Assembly (NCBI RefSeq): GCF_006345805.1
Contig: NW_021825600.1
Span: 1 to 25,611, forward strand
Source of the DNA: Octopus sinensis
Taxonomy: Eukaryota
Reading direction: 5' to 3'
Length of the DNA: 25,611 bases
Shown: positions 1 to 11,640 of the stretch, piece by piece
Numbering within the stretch: position 1 is the stretch's first letter
How the letters are laid out: each line of letters begins with the position of its first letter
Notes under the pieces: model-generated
Databases searched by the model: none
The model's input: the letters and a program-made list of their open reading frames with translations, nothing else
What the model was told of the DNA's origin: nothing
Translations under genes and position numbers: made by a program

Positions 1-149
1 TAATATAAACAAATAGAACATTGGTGAATGAAGCCAGAAATATTTTCAACACTTTGTAACTCGCGAAATAGGCAAGGGGTCAGGTGGGTCACTGGGTATT
101 TTGTTTGTGCGTGGGCGTAAAAGGAGATCCTTTCGGGCAGGGTGGGGTA

Positions 150-262
150 TCTTCTTCTTCTTCTTCTTCTTCTTCTTCTTCTTCTTCTTCTTCTTCTTCT
201 TCTTCTTCTTCTTCTTCTTCTTCTTCTTCTTCTTCTTCTTCTTCTTCTTCTTCTTCTTCTTC
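150..262. repeat. (TTC)n microsatellite
   Basis: Perfect TTC run of about 37 units; explains the poly-K/S/E/F ORFs at 46-371. Confidence 0.99.
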
Positions 263-619
263 AGTTTGCTCACTGTGTATTTTGTGGCTCATGACAAAAA
301 TGAATGTTTTCTTTTTAGGAACGCTTTATATTAAATTGAAATCCCTCAAACATTTACGTAATCAGAGATGACACAGAAGCTAAATTTATATAAAAACATT
401 CGTGCATAATTATTTGTCAAGTTTACATCGGAATATTTTGATAAAGTGGATCTTCAAATTAAGTTAGGATTTCATTTCAAATTTGGCTTCTTTGAACCTA
501 CAAGCTCTTAAGGTGGGGGTTTATCCTGATTTTCAAGGTGTTTGGGATCATAGTACAAGATTACCTCCCAAACAGGACACCAATCCATCGCACAGATAAT
601 CTCTAGGGGCCTCATTTTC

Positions 620-700
620 AGTTGAACTTGCTGGAATAATATAAAATGAAGTGCCTTGCCCAAGAATGTAATCCTTTCTCCCGTTCCGAGAACCAAGCCC
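620..700 (-). mobile_element. Degenerate SINE central-domain fragment
   Basis: Minus strand reads TTCTTGGGCAAGGCACTTCATTTTA, matching TTCTTGAGCAAGGCACTTTATTTCA inside the SINE at 17182-17526. No head or tail is recognisable. Confidence 0.35.
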
Positions 701-1427
701 TAACAGCTACGCCACGCCCCTTCATATTTTTAACAATTTAATTTGGTATTCATAATTAATGTTTATATATAACCACATATTTCTACAAACTTATATTTAG
801 ATATGTATTTAGACATACATGTGTATTTATATATATACAAAGGTGTATACAAGCACAGAAAAACCTAAGCTTCAGTTTAATACATTAATTAAAACACCTT
901 ATTTTTGCTCACTGTATCAGACAATCACTGAAATGACTATATATATGTCACAAAAATACATTATTATACCACATTATATACATTATATACATTATTATAT
1001 AGTGTCTTTCAGGTCCCAAATATGGCTTGAGAATGACGTGCTGTTTCATTTTGTCGTATGTCTGAACACAGCATTATGGTTTAAACAGCACTTCTTGAGC
1101 TTCCCCCACACATTCCAATCTAGGCGGTTGCATGTCCGTTGAAACTAACACCGTAGATGGGCAAATCAAAAATTCAGCTTTATATAAAATGATCAAGAAG
1201 CATAAGTTTTTATTTTCACAGTGGAATAATTAGCCCAGCTGCCTATGTTGACGATATTATTCAAGTAACTGTCCACCGAATTGGATGCTGGGTTTGGGGG
1301 TTTATTGGGGGATTTGGAGCGCCACCTACTAGTGAACTGGGATTATAAGGTTATGTAGTTATTTCGTAACTCTATTAAATGTTCCTTTCTCTGGTGAGAT
1401 GCCCAAGATCTTTCAATTAACATTGAT

Positions 1428-1590
1428 GGCACGACGGAAAGCTTGGACGGAAAGCTTAGCAGTGTTTCGTTTGCCTTTCATCCTTTCGGGCTGGATAAAA
1501 TAAGAACCAGTTTAACTCAGGAGTCAAATAAATCGACTTAACCCCTCCTCCCCTGAAATTGCTAGCCTTGTGCCAAAATTTGAAACCAAT
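1428..1590 (+). mobile_element. Degraded, internally deleted tRNA-derived SINE
   Basis: Shares GCTTAGC..TTTCGT, GCCTTTCATCCTTTCGGG, ATAAG(A/T)ACCAGTT and ATCGACTTAA blocks with the SINEs at 7553-7955 and 16153-16329. It carries a different 3' tail (CCCCTCCTCCCCTGAAATTGCTAGCCTTGTGCCAAAATTTGAAACC). Confidence 0.75.
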
Positions 1591-1649
1591 TTTGATAGAA
1601 CGATTCTTGAATGATGATGAAAGGCAGAGATTTTATCAATGTAATTGAG

Positions 1650-2150
1650 CTTTCCGTTTTGTTCTTGGTTTGTATGATTACATAAGCTAAGATCTGGACT
1701 AATGTGTCGGCAGTTCATTCTTGTTATGTTCGTAATTACTGGGACATTTTTGAGGCACTACTCAGCTATTTCTTTTCTTTATTTACATTACGCTCTTCTA
1801 TGTCGTTATTAATAGTTTGACCGTCATCACTTTGTGACTGGTATACTAAACCTAGTTTTAAGCTTATCCAGGACGAATATTCCGACCACAGAGCGGGGAT
1901 CTGTTTTCTCAAAGCTGCAAATAATAGTATCAAATGGCTCCTTTGTGTCTTTCATCCAATCAGAGTCTTTGTAGAAACATGGAGACTTTCTGGTTTCTGG
2001 TTATGTTGTCACTGCTATTATTGATATTGCAAATTGTTATCTCGATTTCCAAGATCCTTGTGAGAAGGGACTCGGGTAGAATTCGACATTATCGAATTAA
2101 CTAGATTTGTATCTATTTTTATTGTTAATGTTCCTAAACCGGTTAGCTGC
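1650..2150 (-). pseudogene. Possible highly decayed LINE APE-endonuclease relic
   Basis: Manual minus-strand translation across stops and frameshifts gives LGTL..., ISIIAV..*PETRK, RSVVGIFV, VMTVKL in the order expected for APE motifs (GTWN, IIALQETR, GVGILV, RIMTVKL). Very degraded. Confidence 0.25.
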
Positions 2151-2461
2151 TGTCTTAATGCTATTTCACTCTCCTAATCTTATAGTACTTCAAATTTTAT
2201 AATTAATACAATTTGTACGCGTTTTCTAATCTCATACTTAACAAGATATACAAGCTTCCACTTCGCCTTTCTGTAAAGTTCTCTTTGTCGGCTTTTACAC
2301 CTCTGCTTTGCATTGCCCAAGTTTTGCACCTTCTAATCTGATTTAAGAATTATGGTTTTATTTTCTCTTCATAGTTAATTTTTGCCATGGGTGTCTATTT
2401 TCCAGTATCTTTTTAATGTTTTTGTTCATATGTGTGTATATAAATGTGTGATTAAGTGTAT

Positions 2462-2462
2462 T

Positions 2463-2523
<61 letters not shown>

Positions 2524-2524
2524 G

Positions 2525-2579
<55 letters not shown>

Positions 2580-2797
2580 ATACACACACACACATATATA
2601 TATATATTCACACACACGCACACACATATCCATCCATTCACCCATACATACATACATGCATACATACATACATACATACATACATGCATACATACATACA
2701 TACATACATACATACATACATGCATACATACATACATACACACACACATACATACACACACACATACATACATACATGCATGCATACATACATACAT
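2462..2797. repeat. Compound (TCTA)n-(CA/TA)n-(CATA)n microsatellite
   Basis: Directly visible; accounts for the YLSI/HTYI ORFs. Confidence 0.98.
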
Positions 2798-2964
2798 TGC
2801 AGCCATTATGTCCCCTTGCTTTGATCGTAGATGGATTTAGAGGGAGGATGGCGTACTCTCTTTCTAAATAGCTTGTTCAATAATATTTCAGTTTAATGAA
2901 ATGATCAAAGGGACGCCATGTAAGGTTAATATGTCACTTGTCATAACTGCACACGTGATTCCAA

Positions 2965-3295
2965 ACACATACATACAAACACACACGCACGCAGGCATAA
3001 TCCATATATGTACATATGTACACACACACACACACACCAATATACATATATGAGTGCGCGTGTGTATGCTTGTGCCTGAGTAATGCATATAAGTTATGTG
3101 TGTAGACGATTATACAAAATACGAACATGTGTATGTATGAATATATATTTTTATACATGTGCATGCATTTATGTGGGATACACATGGATTTATATATGCG
3201 TTCATTATATATACATATATATATATTATACGAACGTGTTTAAATATACATACGTGCATTATAAATACATATATATACATACATACATACATACA

Positions 3296-3362
<67 letters not shown>

Positions 3363-3433
3363 CTATGCAACAGATTTAATTAAGAAATTTATACCACCAC
3401 CATCACCACCACCACCAGTAGTAGTAGTAGTGA

Positions 3434-3500
<67 letters not shown>

Positions 3501-3525
3501 TGCTGTTGTTGTTGTTGTTGTTGCT
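2965..3525. repeat. Degenerate CA/TA-rich tract, (CATA)n, (TA)n, then (ACC)n-(AGT)n-(GTT)n
   Basis: Directly visible low-complexity and simple repeats. Confidence 0.9.
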
Positions 3526-4689
3526 ATCGTCGTCATTACAGGAGGGAAACTGGCGATGAACTATCAGAAACCTTTAACAGACTTGGATGTTATTCTATTG
3601 TTAACAATTGGAAAGTAGGGTAGCACCATGGACACCTTTTGTCACCTACGTCAGACATATTGTCATTCTACCAGCAACATCTAACTTACAGCCTACAGTC
3701 AATCCTTTCTATCTGGCCCGCCACTTGTGCGTCCGTCCACATGCAGGTGGTGTGTGTGTGTGTGTGTGCGTGCGAGTGTCCCTCTTTTCTATTCTTATAA
3801 CAACAACCACAAACCCCATCAGAAATTGTCTTCGAGCCTTAGCGGACAAAGTGAAATAGTAACGTCCGGCCATGGGACAAGGATCGTGGATTTCTTTAAG
3901 TGGAGGCTTTATCACCTACAGAAAGAGGGGGAAGAGTGAGAGGGGATGGAGGGAGAGATGGGGAGAGGGAGAGATTTCTTATGAAAACGCTGATGAATCC
4001 AGTCGATCATAAGACAGATTAGGCGCGATTTTCCTTATGGTTGTATAATCTTGTTTATGTTAGGGACAAACCATATGTCCCTTCCATTCTTATGTGACCC
4101 ATGTGATCGCCCATCTGTTCGAACGCCTCCCTCCCACGGTACACCTTGCACTAACAACGTTAACCAATCCTTCTGCCAAAGAACGTCAATCTTCTGGAAT
4201 TCCTTTCCCACACATTTTTTTCTTGCAGATGTTGAATATAAACAGAATATCTGCTACCAGTTACGGAGGTGGGAGCATGCCAGGATCGTGGACACACTCC
4301 CTCTTCCCCCTCTTCCTCCTCCACACTAAGCCATACAGAAAACAAATGCTACGCTTTTCTTAGACAAATGTGTATTGAACAGTTTCATGTTATTCTACCA
4401 CAAAATACATAAAACTGTGTGTGTGTGTAGTCGCAAAATGGCTGTGCAGTTGCTAGCAGTTCGATTCACAGCCACGTGGTTTCTGTTGCAATCCGTTTGG
4501 TCGGCACCTTCGGTTATTGTCTCCTAAGATATACTCCAAGGTAGACCAAGGTCTCTGGAAAGAATCTTGGTGAGAGAAACTCAATAAAAACCTCTGCGTG
4601 CGTGCGTGTGTACGCGCAGGCGCACACGTATGCGTATGCTTGGCTTTGCCTCCCACTGCTTGAAAATGGTGTTCGTTTCTTAGCGCGTC

Positions 4690-4800
4690 GGGTAAAAGAA
4701 AACGATCGGATAATATTACTGGGGTCAACTTGCAGCTCAAACCTTCAAAGCTATACTCCAGCATGGCCATAGTCTAATGTTTAAAACAAGTAAAAATATT
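4690..4800 (+). mobile_element. Old SINE 3'-end relic (same family as 4971-5438)
   Basis: ACTGGGGTCAAC...CTCCAGCATGGCCATAGTCTAATGTTTAAAACAAGTAAAA aligns to GGGGTCGAT...GCATGGCTGCAGTCAAATGACTGAAACAAGTAAAA at 5350-5420. Confidence 0.65.
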
Positions 4801-4808
4801 GAAAGAAT

Positions 4809-4838
4809 ATATATATAGATAGATAGATAGATAGATAG

Positions 4839-4906
<68 letters not shown>

Positions 4907-4962
4907 GGATGGATGGATGGATGGATAGATAGATAGATAGATACATACATACATACATTACA
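4809..4962. repeat. (GATA)n-(GATG)n-(CATA)n microsatellite
   Basis: Directly visible. Confidence 0.98.
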
Positions 4963-4970
4963 TACTACTA

Positions 4971-5135
4971 GGAGTGGCTGTGTGGTAAGTTAGTTGCTAA
5001 CCAACTACATGGTCCGGATTCAGTCCCACTGCGTGGCATCTTGGGCAAGTGTCTTCTGCTATAGCCCGGGCCGACCAATGCCTTGTGAGTGGATTTGGTA
5101 GACGGAAAATGAAAGAAGCCTGTCGTATATATATG

Positions 5136-5175
<40 letters not shown>

Positions 5176-5438
5176 ATGTGTGTTGTGTGTGGTGTGTGTG
5201 GTGTGTGTGTGGTGTGTGTGTGTTTGTGTGTCTGTGTGTGTCCCCCTAGCATTGCTTGAAACCATGCTTGTGTGTTTACGTCCCCGTCACTGAGCGGTTC
5301 GGCAAAAGAGACCGTATAGAATAAGTACTGGGCTTACAAAGAATAAGTCCCGGGGTCGATTTGCTCGACTAAAGGCGGTGCTCTTGCATGGCTGCAGTCA
5401 AATGACTGAAACAAGTAAAAGAGTAAAAGAGTAAAGAG
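4971..5438 (+). mobile_element. Full-length tRNA-derived SINE with internal (TA)n/(TG)n and CR1-type tail
   Basis: A-box-like TGGCTGTGTGG (4975) and B-box-like GGATTCAGTCCC (5017). CORE-like TCTTGGGCAAGTGTCTT, internal microsatellite about 5126-5240, 3' stem-loop CAGTC-AAAT-GACTG, and a tail of (GTAAAAGA)n repeats. Confidence 0.9.
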
Positions 5439-5936
5439 TATACATACATATGCAGATATACAAACATATAGATAAATATACATATATACATACACACACA
5501 TACAATTAGTAAATCTTAGGGTAGCAAAAAAATCTAGAAAAATCCTTTGCTACCAGTGATCTAGCGAGAAGAAAAAATTAGTCAATAGACTATATATTAT
5601 TCAAAGAAGAATACAGTGCACATTTAAACACATACACACATATGTAGTAAAACAACAGATATTAAGAATAACACCACAGAAAGAACCAAGTTTGATAAAT
5701 ATACCATTAGTTTAACTCTTCAGTGGGCAAAGAGAGTGTCTAAACGTTTCGGGCCTTAAACCTTTATTAGAAGAAAGGAAGAGAAGGAGGAGAAGCAGAG
5801 GGCGAGTGTGAATGAGAAACGAAAGCCGGTAACGGAGATGCTGCCGAAAGTGGAAAGGCGAAGTGTTTGAAAATTACTATTCTGTACACATACTCTGCAC
5901 TAACATACACATCATTCCCTCTTATATGCACAACCG

Positions 5937-6003
5937 ATGACGACGACGACGACGACGATGATGATGATGAATATCATCACCATCGTCGTCATCATCATCG
6001 TCA
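5937..6003. repeat. (GAC)n-(GAT)n-(CAT)n microsatellite
   Basis: Directly visible. Confidence 0.9.
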
Positions 6004-6297
6004 TATTTTATTCATGCTGAAAAAGATAGAAAATGCCGAAGAACTGAAAGCAAAGTAAGAGGGGAGAGTGTGGAGTATAAAGCACTCTGTGGTTAAATGC
6101 GGAAATGTATAAAGACAAAAATTTAAAAAAAACAGAAGCAATAATCAGAACAACAACAACAACAACAACAATGATAATGATAATAGTAATGAATGTACAA
6201 CAACAACAACAACAGATTAAAATGAAAATATGTTAGAAAAATCTGAATATACGAGTTGCCGAAAGGGGAAACGGCGCACTGAAGAGAGGAGATAAGA

Positions 6298-6378
<81 letters not shown>

Positions 6379-6391
6379 CAGCAGCAGCAGT
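6298..6391. repeat. (AGT)n-(AGC)n microsatellite
   Basis: Directly visible. Confidence 0.98.
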
Positions 6392-6514
6392 ACTGCTACT
6401 GTTGTTAGGAGTAATAATGCCGAAGGAAGAAATGGAAGTTCCGGAAGCTATTGATAAACTAGAAGATACACTGCCCTCTGGGCGGCTTTCTAGTGCACGT
6501 TTATGTTTTATATA

Positions 6515-6535
6515 CATATATTATACACACCACAC

Positions 6536-6569
<34 letters not shown>

Positions 6570-6685
6570 GTGTGTGTGTGTGTGTGTGTGTGTGTTGGTG
6601 TATACACACATACACAAATTTTATATATTATATATATATATATATATATATGTAATTTATTTATATATATATAATATATATGTAT

Positions 6686-6716
<31 letters not shown>

Positions 6717-6735
6717 GTATATTTATAATATTATA

Positions 6736-6773
<38 letters not shown>

Positions 6774-6802
6774 TTATATATATATATATATATATGTATA
6801 TT

Positions 6803-6838
<36 letters not shown>

Positions 6839-6865
6839 ATATATATATATATATATTATAGATAT

Positions 6866-6911
<46 letters not shown>

Positions 6912-6958
6912 CAGAGAGAGAGACTGAGGGAAAGATACATACATACATACATACATAT
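6515..6958. repeat. Compound (TA)n/(TG)n microsatellite field
   Basis: Directly visible. Confidence 0.97.
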
Positions 6959-6959
6959 G

Positions 6960-7185
6960 AAGCCATTATCGTTCTACCGCAGTTACGTGCTAGGATTTTC
7001 AACTGCTAGAAATATCAAAAGAACTCATAATTTCTTTGTAGACGACCTGAAGATTTATGCCAAAAAAGAACTGGAATTAATAACATTTTCAGCTGATACA
7101 GGCCAAAAGAAATGTTCATATTTGGCTAAAGAAGAGGGAAAGTCAGTCCCCCAAACCCAAAACCTGTGCATCAACGGTCTCTCTA
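6960..7185 (+). pseudogene. R4/Dong-clade (RLE LINE) reverse-transcriptase fragment
   Basis: ORF 6957-7232 contains THNFFVDDLKIYAK (FVDD at 7035-7046), then ITFSADTG..KKCSYL...GK. This matches the R4/Dong pattern HLLFMDDLKLYAK...FS.DIGM.FG..KC, with internal deletions. Confidence 0.75.
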
Positions 7186-7552
7186 TCTTCTGCTACAATC
7201 GTGAATGTGTCGGTCTCACCCCTGAGTCCTGAGCCTTCAGTCTGTGTTGCAGCTTTTATTTGTCTATTTCCATCGTAATTAGTATTCCTTCCCCATCACC
7301 ACCACCACACTACATGTTGGCCATGCCATCTAAGAGGATTTTCGTGCCGTCGTTTTACCGAAGCATTCTGTACTCTAAATTTTAGCATAGCTTTTTAGTT
7401 TGTTTTTTATTCCATAATTTCTTTTGTTATTTTGACTTTCCCATCGGAATCGTCATTCACTTCAACTTTTATTCTGTAAGAGTTGTTAGAGAGTCGGACA
7501 AAATATCTAACGGCAATTAGTTACAGCCCTTTAAGTTCTGAGTTCAAATTCC

Positions 7553-7771
7553 GAGCTGGCAGAAACGTTAGCACGTCGGGCGAAATGCCTAGCGGCATTT
7601 CGTCTGCCGCAACGTTCTGAGTTCAAATTCCGCCGAGGTCGACTTTGCCTTTCATCCTTTCGGGGTCCATTAAATAAGTACCAGTTACTGGGGTCGATAT
7701 AATCGACTTAATCCGTTTGTCTGTCCTTGTTTGTCCTCTGTGTTTAGCCCCTTGTGGATAGTAAAGAAATA
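7553..7771 (+). mobile_element. tRNA-derived SINE, copy 1 of tandem dimer
   Basis: GAGCTGGCAGAAACGTTAGC head (A-box-like), B box GAGTTCAAATTCC, body GCCTTTCATCCTTTCGGGGTC, tail GTAAAGAAATA. Confidence 0.9.
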
Positions 7772-7955
7772 GGTATTTCGTCTGCCGTTACGTTCTGAGT
7801 TCAAATTCCGCCGAGGTCGACTTTGCCTTTCATCCTTTCGGGGTCGATTAAATAAGTACCAGTTAATCACTGGGGTCGATGTAATCGACTTAATCCCCTT
7901 GTCTGTCCTTGTTTGTTCCCTCTATGTTTGGCCCTCTGTGGGCAATAAAGAAATA
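7772..7955 (+). mobile_element. tRNA-derived SINE, 5'-truncated copy 2 of tandem dimer
   Basis: Direct repeat of about 7590-7771, starting at GGTATTTCGTCTGCC immediately after the tail of copy 1. Confidence 0.9.
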
Positions 7956-7960
7956 TAAAA

Positions 7961-8023
<63 letters not shown>
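7961..8023. repeat. (ATT)n microsatellite
   Basis: Directly visible; tail/target of the adjacent Dong-like copy. Confidence 0.97.
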
Positions 8024-8024
<1 letters not shown>

Positions 8025-8243
8025 TATGTTTGACTTTTGCATTATGTCTGTACAAGTTGCTCCAAGTCTCACCCAGAGACCTCAAGAGACAACAGGTTGG
8101 AAGTTCACGTTGTTGTTATGCCTAGTGTGCCATATATTTGGGGTTTTTTTGGGTGTTGTACTAGTGAATGTCTAATACATAGATTTAAAAAAAAAAGAAG
8201 TTTGTTTTAAACCTTGGGATTACATAGAGAGTATTTTGCGTAG
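8024..8243 (-). mobile_element. R4/Dong-like LINE 3' end (last codons + 3' UTR), copy 1
   Basis: Minus strand encodes LRKILSM* then a 3' UTR homologous to 8347-8545, ending in (TAA)n. Confidence 0.85.
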
Positions 8244-8284
8244 TTATTATTATTATTGAGCAGTTATTATTATTATTATTATTA

Positions 8285-8346
<62 letters not shown>

Positions 8347-8350
<4 letters not shown>

Positions 8351-8681
8351 GTTTGACTTTTGCTTTGCATTTGTACAAGTTGGCTCCAAGTCTCATCCAG
8401 AGACCTCAAGAGACAACAAGTTAGAAGTTCATGCTGGTGTTATGCCTAGGGTGCCATATATTTGGTTTCGTACATAGTGTTGTTCTAGAGAATGTTTAAG
8501 AAAACAAGAAAATTATGTGTTTGTTTCAAAATGTGAGATTACGTAGACAGTATTTTACGTTGGATATGGGCAGTTCCCATAAGCACTATCTTTTGAATTT
8601 CTGCCATTTTTGGGTTTCCTGGTATCTGAGCAAGGTAGCAATCAGCCCCTTTCGCTATCATTCCTAGGGCACCTATGACAC
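8347..8681 (-). mobile_element. R4/Dong-like LINE 3' end, copy 2
   Basis: Minus strand encodes VIGALGMIAKGADCYLAQIPGNPKMAEIQKIVLMGTAHIQRKILST* (C-terminus of the RLE domain), then 3' UTR and (TAA)n. Flanked by (ATT)n on both sides. Confidence 0.9.
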
Positions 8682-8704
8682 TATTATTATATTATTATTA
8701 TATT

Positions 8705-8756
<52 letters not shown>

Positions 8757-8772
8757 TATTATTATTATTATT

Positions 8773-9317
8773 CAGTAGTTTATTTTTATAAGCGTGCTTT
8801 CACTCAACTACCGAGCGCAGCTCTGTGTGCCTTAGGTAGTGCTGTGATTTGTTGTGATGCTCTGATGGTTATGTATGGAAAGTGTTCTGCGTAGGATGTG
8901 TGCAGTGCCTAGTAGTGCAATTTTCTGTATGTTATGTGTTTGTAAGTCCTGGTGTTTTTGTTATGTATTTGTCTGAATATTTTTTATCATGCCTAATGCA
9001 CCTACTATGATATGAATTGTTTCTGTTTTTAGATTCCACATTCTGGTACTCTATTTCCAGGTCTTTGTTTTTGAAAGTTTTCCATTTCTTTAGAGACACG
9101 TTGTCATCTGCCGGTATTGATACATCAATTAGAAAGCATTTTTTTTCTTCATGATCTCTGACAACTATATCTGGTCTGTTGGCCTTAATTTCTCTATCTG
9201 TGTGTATCGGCATATCCCAAAGTATGGTTGCTTTCTCATTTTCTGTGACCTTTTCTGGTGTGTGCCTATATCATCTTTTTTCTGTTGTTATTCCATAATG
9301 TTGGCATAGCTTCCAGT

Positions 9318-9320
<3 letters not shown>
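8773..9320 (-). mobile_element. R4/Dong-like LINE 3' fragment with restriction-like endonuclease domain, copy 3 (different subfamily)
   Basis: HWKLCQHYGI...KATILWDMPIHTDREIKANRPDIVVRDHEEKKCFLIDVSIP (PD-(D/E)xK-type RLE), with frameshifts, then IQKIALLGTAHILRRTLS. The 3' UTR differs from copies 1 and 2. Flanked by (ATT)n. Confidence 0.92.
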
Positions 9321-9349
<29 letters not shown>

Positions 9350-9399
9350 GTTGTTGTTGTTATTATTATTATATTATTATTATTATTATTAGTAGTAGT

Positions 9400-9451
<52 letters not shown>
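9320..9451. repeat. (ATT)n-(GTT)n-(AGT)n compound microsatellite
   Basis: Directly visible. Confidence 0.97.
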
Positions 9452-9452
<1 letters not shown>

Positions 9453-10076
9453 TTAAAACTATGAATTTTTTTAGTTAATAACTAGGTGAAATGAAGATTG
9501 ACAGCCACTATAATTTGATTTAAAATTCTTTTTATTTATTTTCAATATTCAGCTTCCCGTTTCTATTTCCTCTTTCTGTTTATTTATTTTTGCACTTTAT
9601 TTTCTTCCATTTTTTTTTACCCCTTTTCCTTACTTTCTTCGTTTCTGCTTTCGTTTACCACCACATCTAGTGAATATGTTTTATCAGACATTCCTTCAAG
9701 CTGCGCTGAATACTTTTCTTCGAGCAAAAAAGACATATAGAAAAAAATCGGTGTTTCAACAAACACAGAGTTTTTCCTCTAAACATACTTTTGTGAAGGG
9801 TCTGGAGACGTCTACAGATACAGGGAGAGGGGTATAAGTGAAGAAATTGGATGGAGGAATGAAGAAGAGTACATTACCACATCAATAGCATAAATATATG
9901 CAAATAACAATAACAAATACTTTATCAATACAAGCCAACCATTCTCCTTTTATTTAATTTTTTTTCTGATTACCACATATGATAAGTTGTCCTGAATTTT
10001 TCCAACTGTAATAATTCGTCCAGTAATTTTCGGGTTATAATCTTAAGAATATTATTCTCTTGCTCGCATTTTTCCA

Positions 10077-10222
<146 letters not shown>

Positions 10223-10225
10223 GTT

Positions 10226-10332
10226 CAAAAGAAAATCAGGACGCAAAGGATTTTGCGCGGTATCGTATATGTTTCGGACTTTATGAAACTAATTCTTATA
10301 TCAATGCATAGCTGATACAACAGATAGATCAA
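10226..10332 (-). mobile_element. Truncated copy of the hammerhead-bearing repeat at 16716-16822
   Basis: Reverse complement TTTGATCTATCTGTTGTATCAGCTATGCATTGATATAAGAATTAGTT...CCGAAACATAT...CCGCGCAAAATCCTTTGCGTCCTG matches 16716-16822. It lacks the CUGANGA half and abuts (TA)n. Confidence 0.88.
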
Positions 10333-10359
10333 ATGCGTATATGGGCGGGACCATATGAA

Positions 10360-10873
10360 TGTGTTTATCCTTATGCGTAAGTGTGTATGTATGGGTATAT
10401 AGATGTGTATCTGCGCATGTATATGCATGTATGTTTATCTATGCGCACGTGTATGTATACGAACCTGTGCGTGTGTATATATATATACAAGTGTGTGCAT
10501 ATGCATGTGTATGTATATATTGTGTATGTGCGCGTATGTACATTTGTATATGTGTTTATATGCATGTACATGTACACGCGTGTATATGCGTGTGAATGGG
10601 TGTACAGGTTTCAGTGCATGTGGGTGTATATATGCATATGTGTATGTTTATGCATATGGGTATGTTTGTATATATGTGCTTATACTTATATGCACATATG
10701 GGCGTGTATATACGTACGTATGTATGCTTATGTATGTGTGTATATGTATATGTATGTGTATATTTATGTGTGTATATGTATGCCTGTATATGTATATGTA
10801 TGTGTGCATGTACATATATATATATACTTATACTATATATATATATTATATAATATATATATATATATATATA

Positions 10874-10904
<31 letters not shown>

Positions 10905-10905
10905 T
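10360..10905. repeat. Degenerate (TG/TA)-rich low-complexity tract and (TA)n
   Basis: Directly visible; source of the spurious CVYIYV ORFs. Confidence 0.92.
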
Positions 10906-11260
10906 ACATTTAATTCATTAATAGCGAAACAATTGTCCCAAAATAATCTGTATTTGGTTATTTTTTATTTGCCCTGTCCGTGTGAGCTAACAGTCGTACT
11001 GACTTTCATGGGAAACATGTATTTTCGTGGTTGAAACCTTGTGGATTAACTGGTGCTAGAGTGAGCAATATAGTGACCACTCTCTATATTTATTTTGTAA
11101 AAATATTATAATATGTTATAAATATTATAATAATCCAGGTTTCTCGTAGCACTAGGCCACTTGGTGTTGAAATAAATATACTATTAAATTAGTATCTAAT
11201 TCTCTCACCCTTATTAATATATATATATTATATATAATATATATATATAATATATATATA

Positions 11261-11302
<42 letters not shown>

Positions 11303-11312
11303 ATATATATAT

Positions 11313-11640
11313 AAATAAAACTGAAATGCGTTTTTACCGATTGGATCGCTTTCAATGCCACTACATCCGTCCGATTCGCCCCAAATTTACAGGGACATGA
11401 CAGGTAGAATGAGGTGACGATGCCCGTGGGCTACCTCAGAAATCCCTATCTTGCTAGGGGCCATCTCACCTCACTCACGCTATTTCCCCCTAATTTCCCG
11501 CTCTTACTCCCCTTCATTTATAACTTTGAGAATTCCAATCCCGTTATTTAATGTATTCCCCTCAACTCCCTTTCACTTTCCCTTATAAGTTCGTCAGACG
11601 GCTTTCTTTGATGTATCTGACTGCATTCATGGGGAGAATT
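11313..11640 (+). mobile_element. Possible 5' part of a non-autonomous Helitron-like repeat
   Basis: Follows (TA)n and begins ATAAAACTGAAATGCG...CCGTCCGATTCGCCCCAAATTT, reminiscent of the ..CCGATT..CCAAATTT block of small Helitrons. No 3' hairpin-CTAG end was found. Confidence 0.25.

Noticed and set aside
256-263. CTGAAGA on the minus strand at the end of (TTC)n; also 6278 and 7048 on the plus strand
   Set aside because: Chance matches created by a microsatellite edge or by coding sequence; no downstream stem II-GAAA.
3983-4032. CTGATGA with a possible AUC/GAU stem
   Set aside because: No GAAA after the stem and no UH triplet in register.
5735-5780. Minus-strand CTAATAA-AGGTTTAAGGCCC-GAAACGTT, a hammerhead-like relic
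   Set aside because: The core needs two G>A reversions and stem I cannot form; at best a dead relic.
7553-7955. Tandem direct repeats as a CRISPR array, or SINE heads as tRNA genes
   Set aside because: Eukaryotic context, long repeats without unique spacers, and tRNA-like heads that continue into SINE bodies without a complete cloverleaf or terminator.
9970-10076. Short minus-strand peptide MEKCEQENNILKIITRKLLDELLQ...
   Set aside because: The start is created by the (TA)n edge, and there is no acceptor site or recognisable homology.
11565-11605. Minus-strand CTGACGA...GAAA
   Set aside because: Stem II is not closable (A-G, 2-nt loop) and there is no stem III, UH or stem I.
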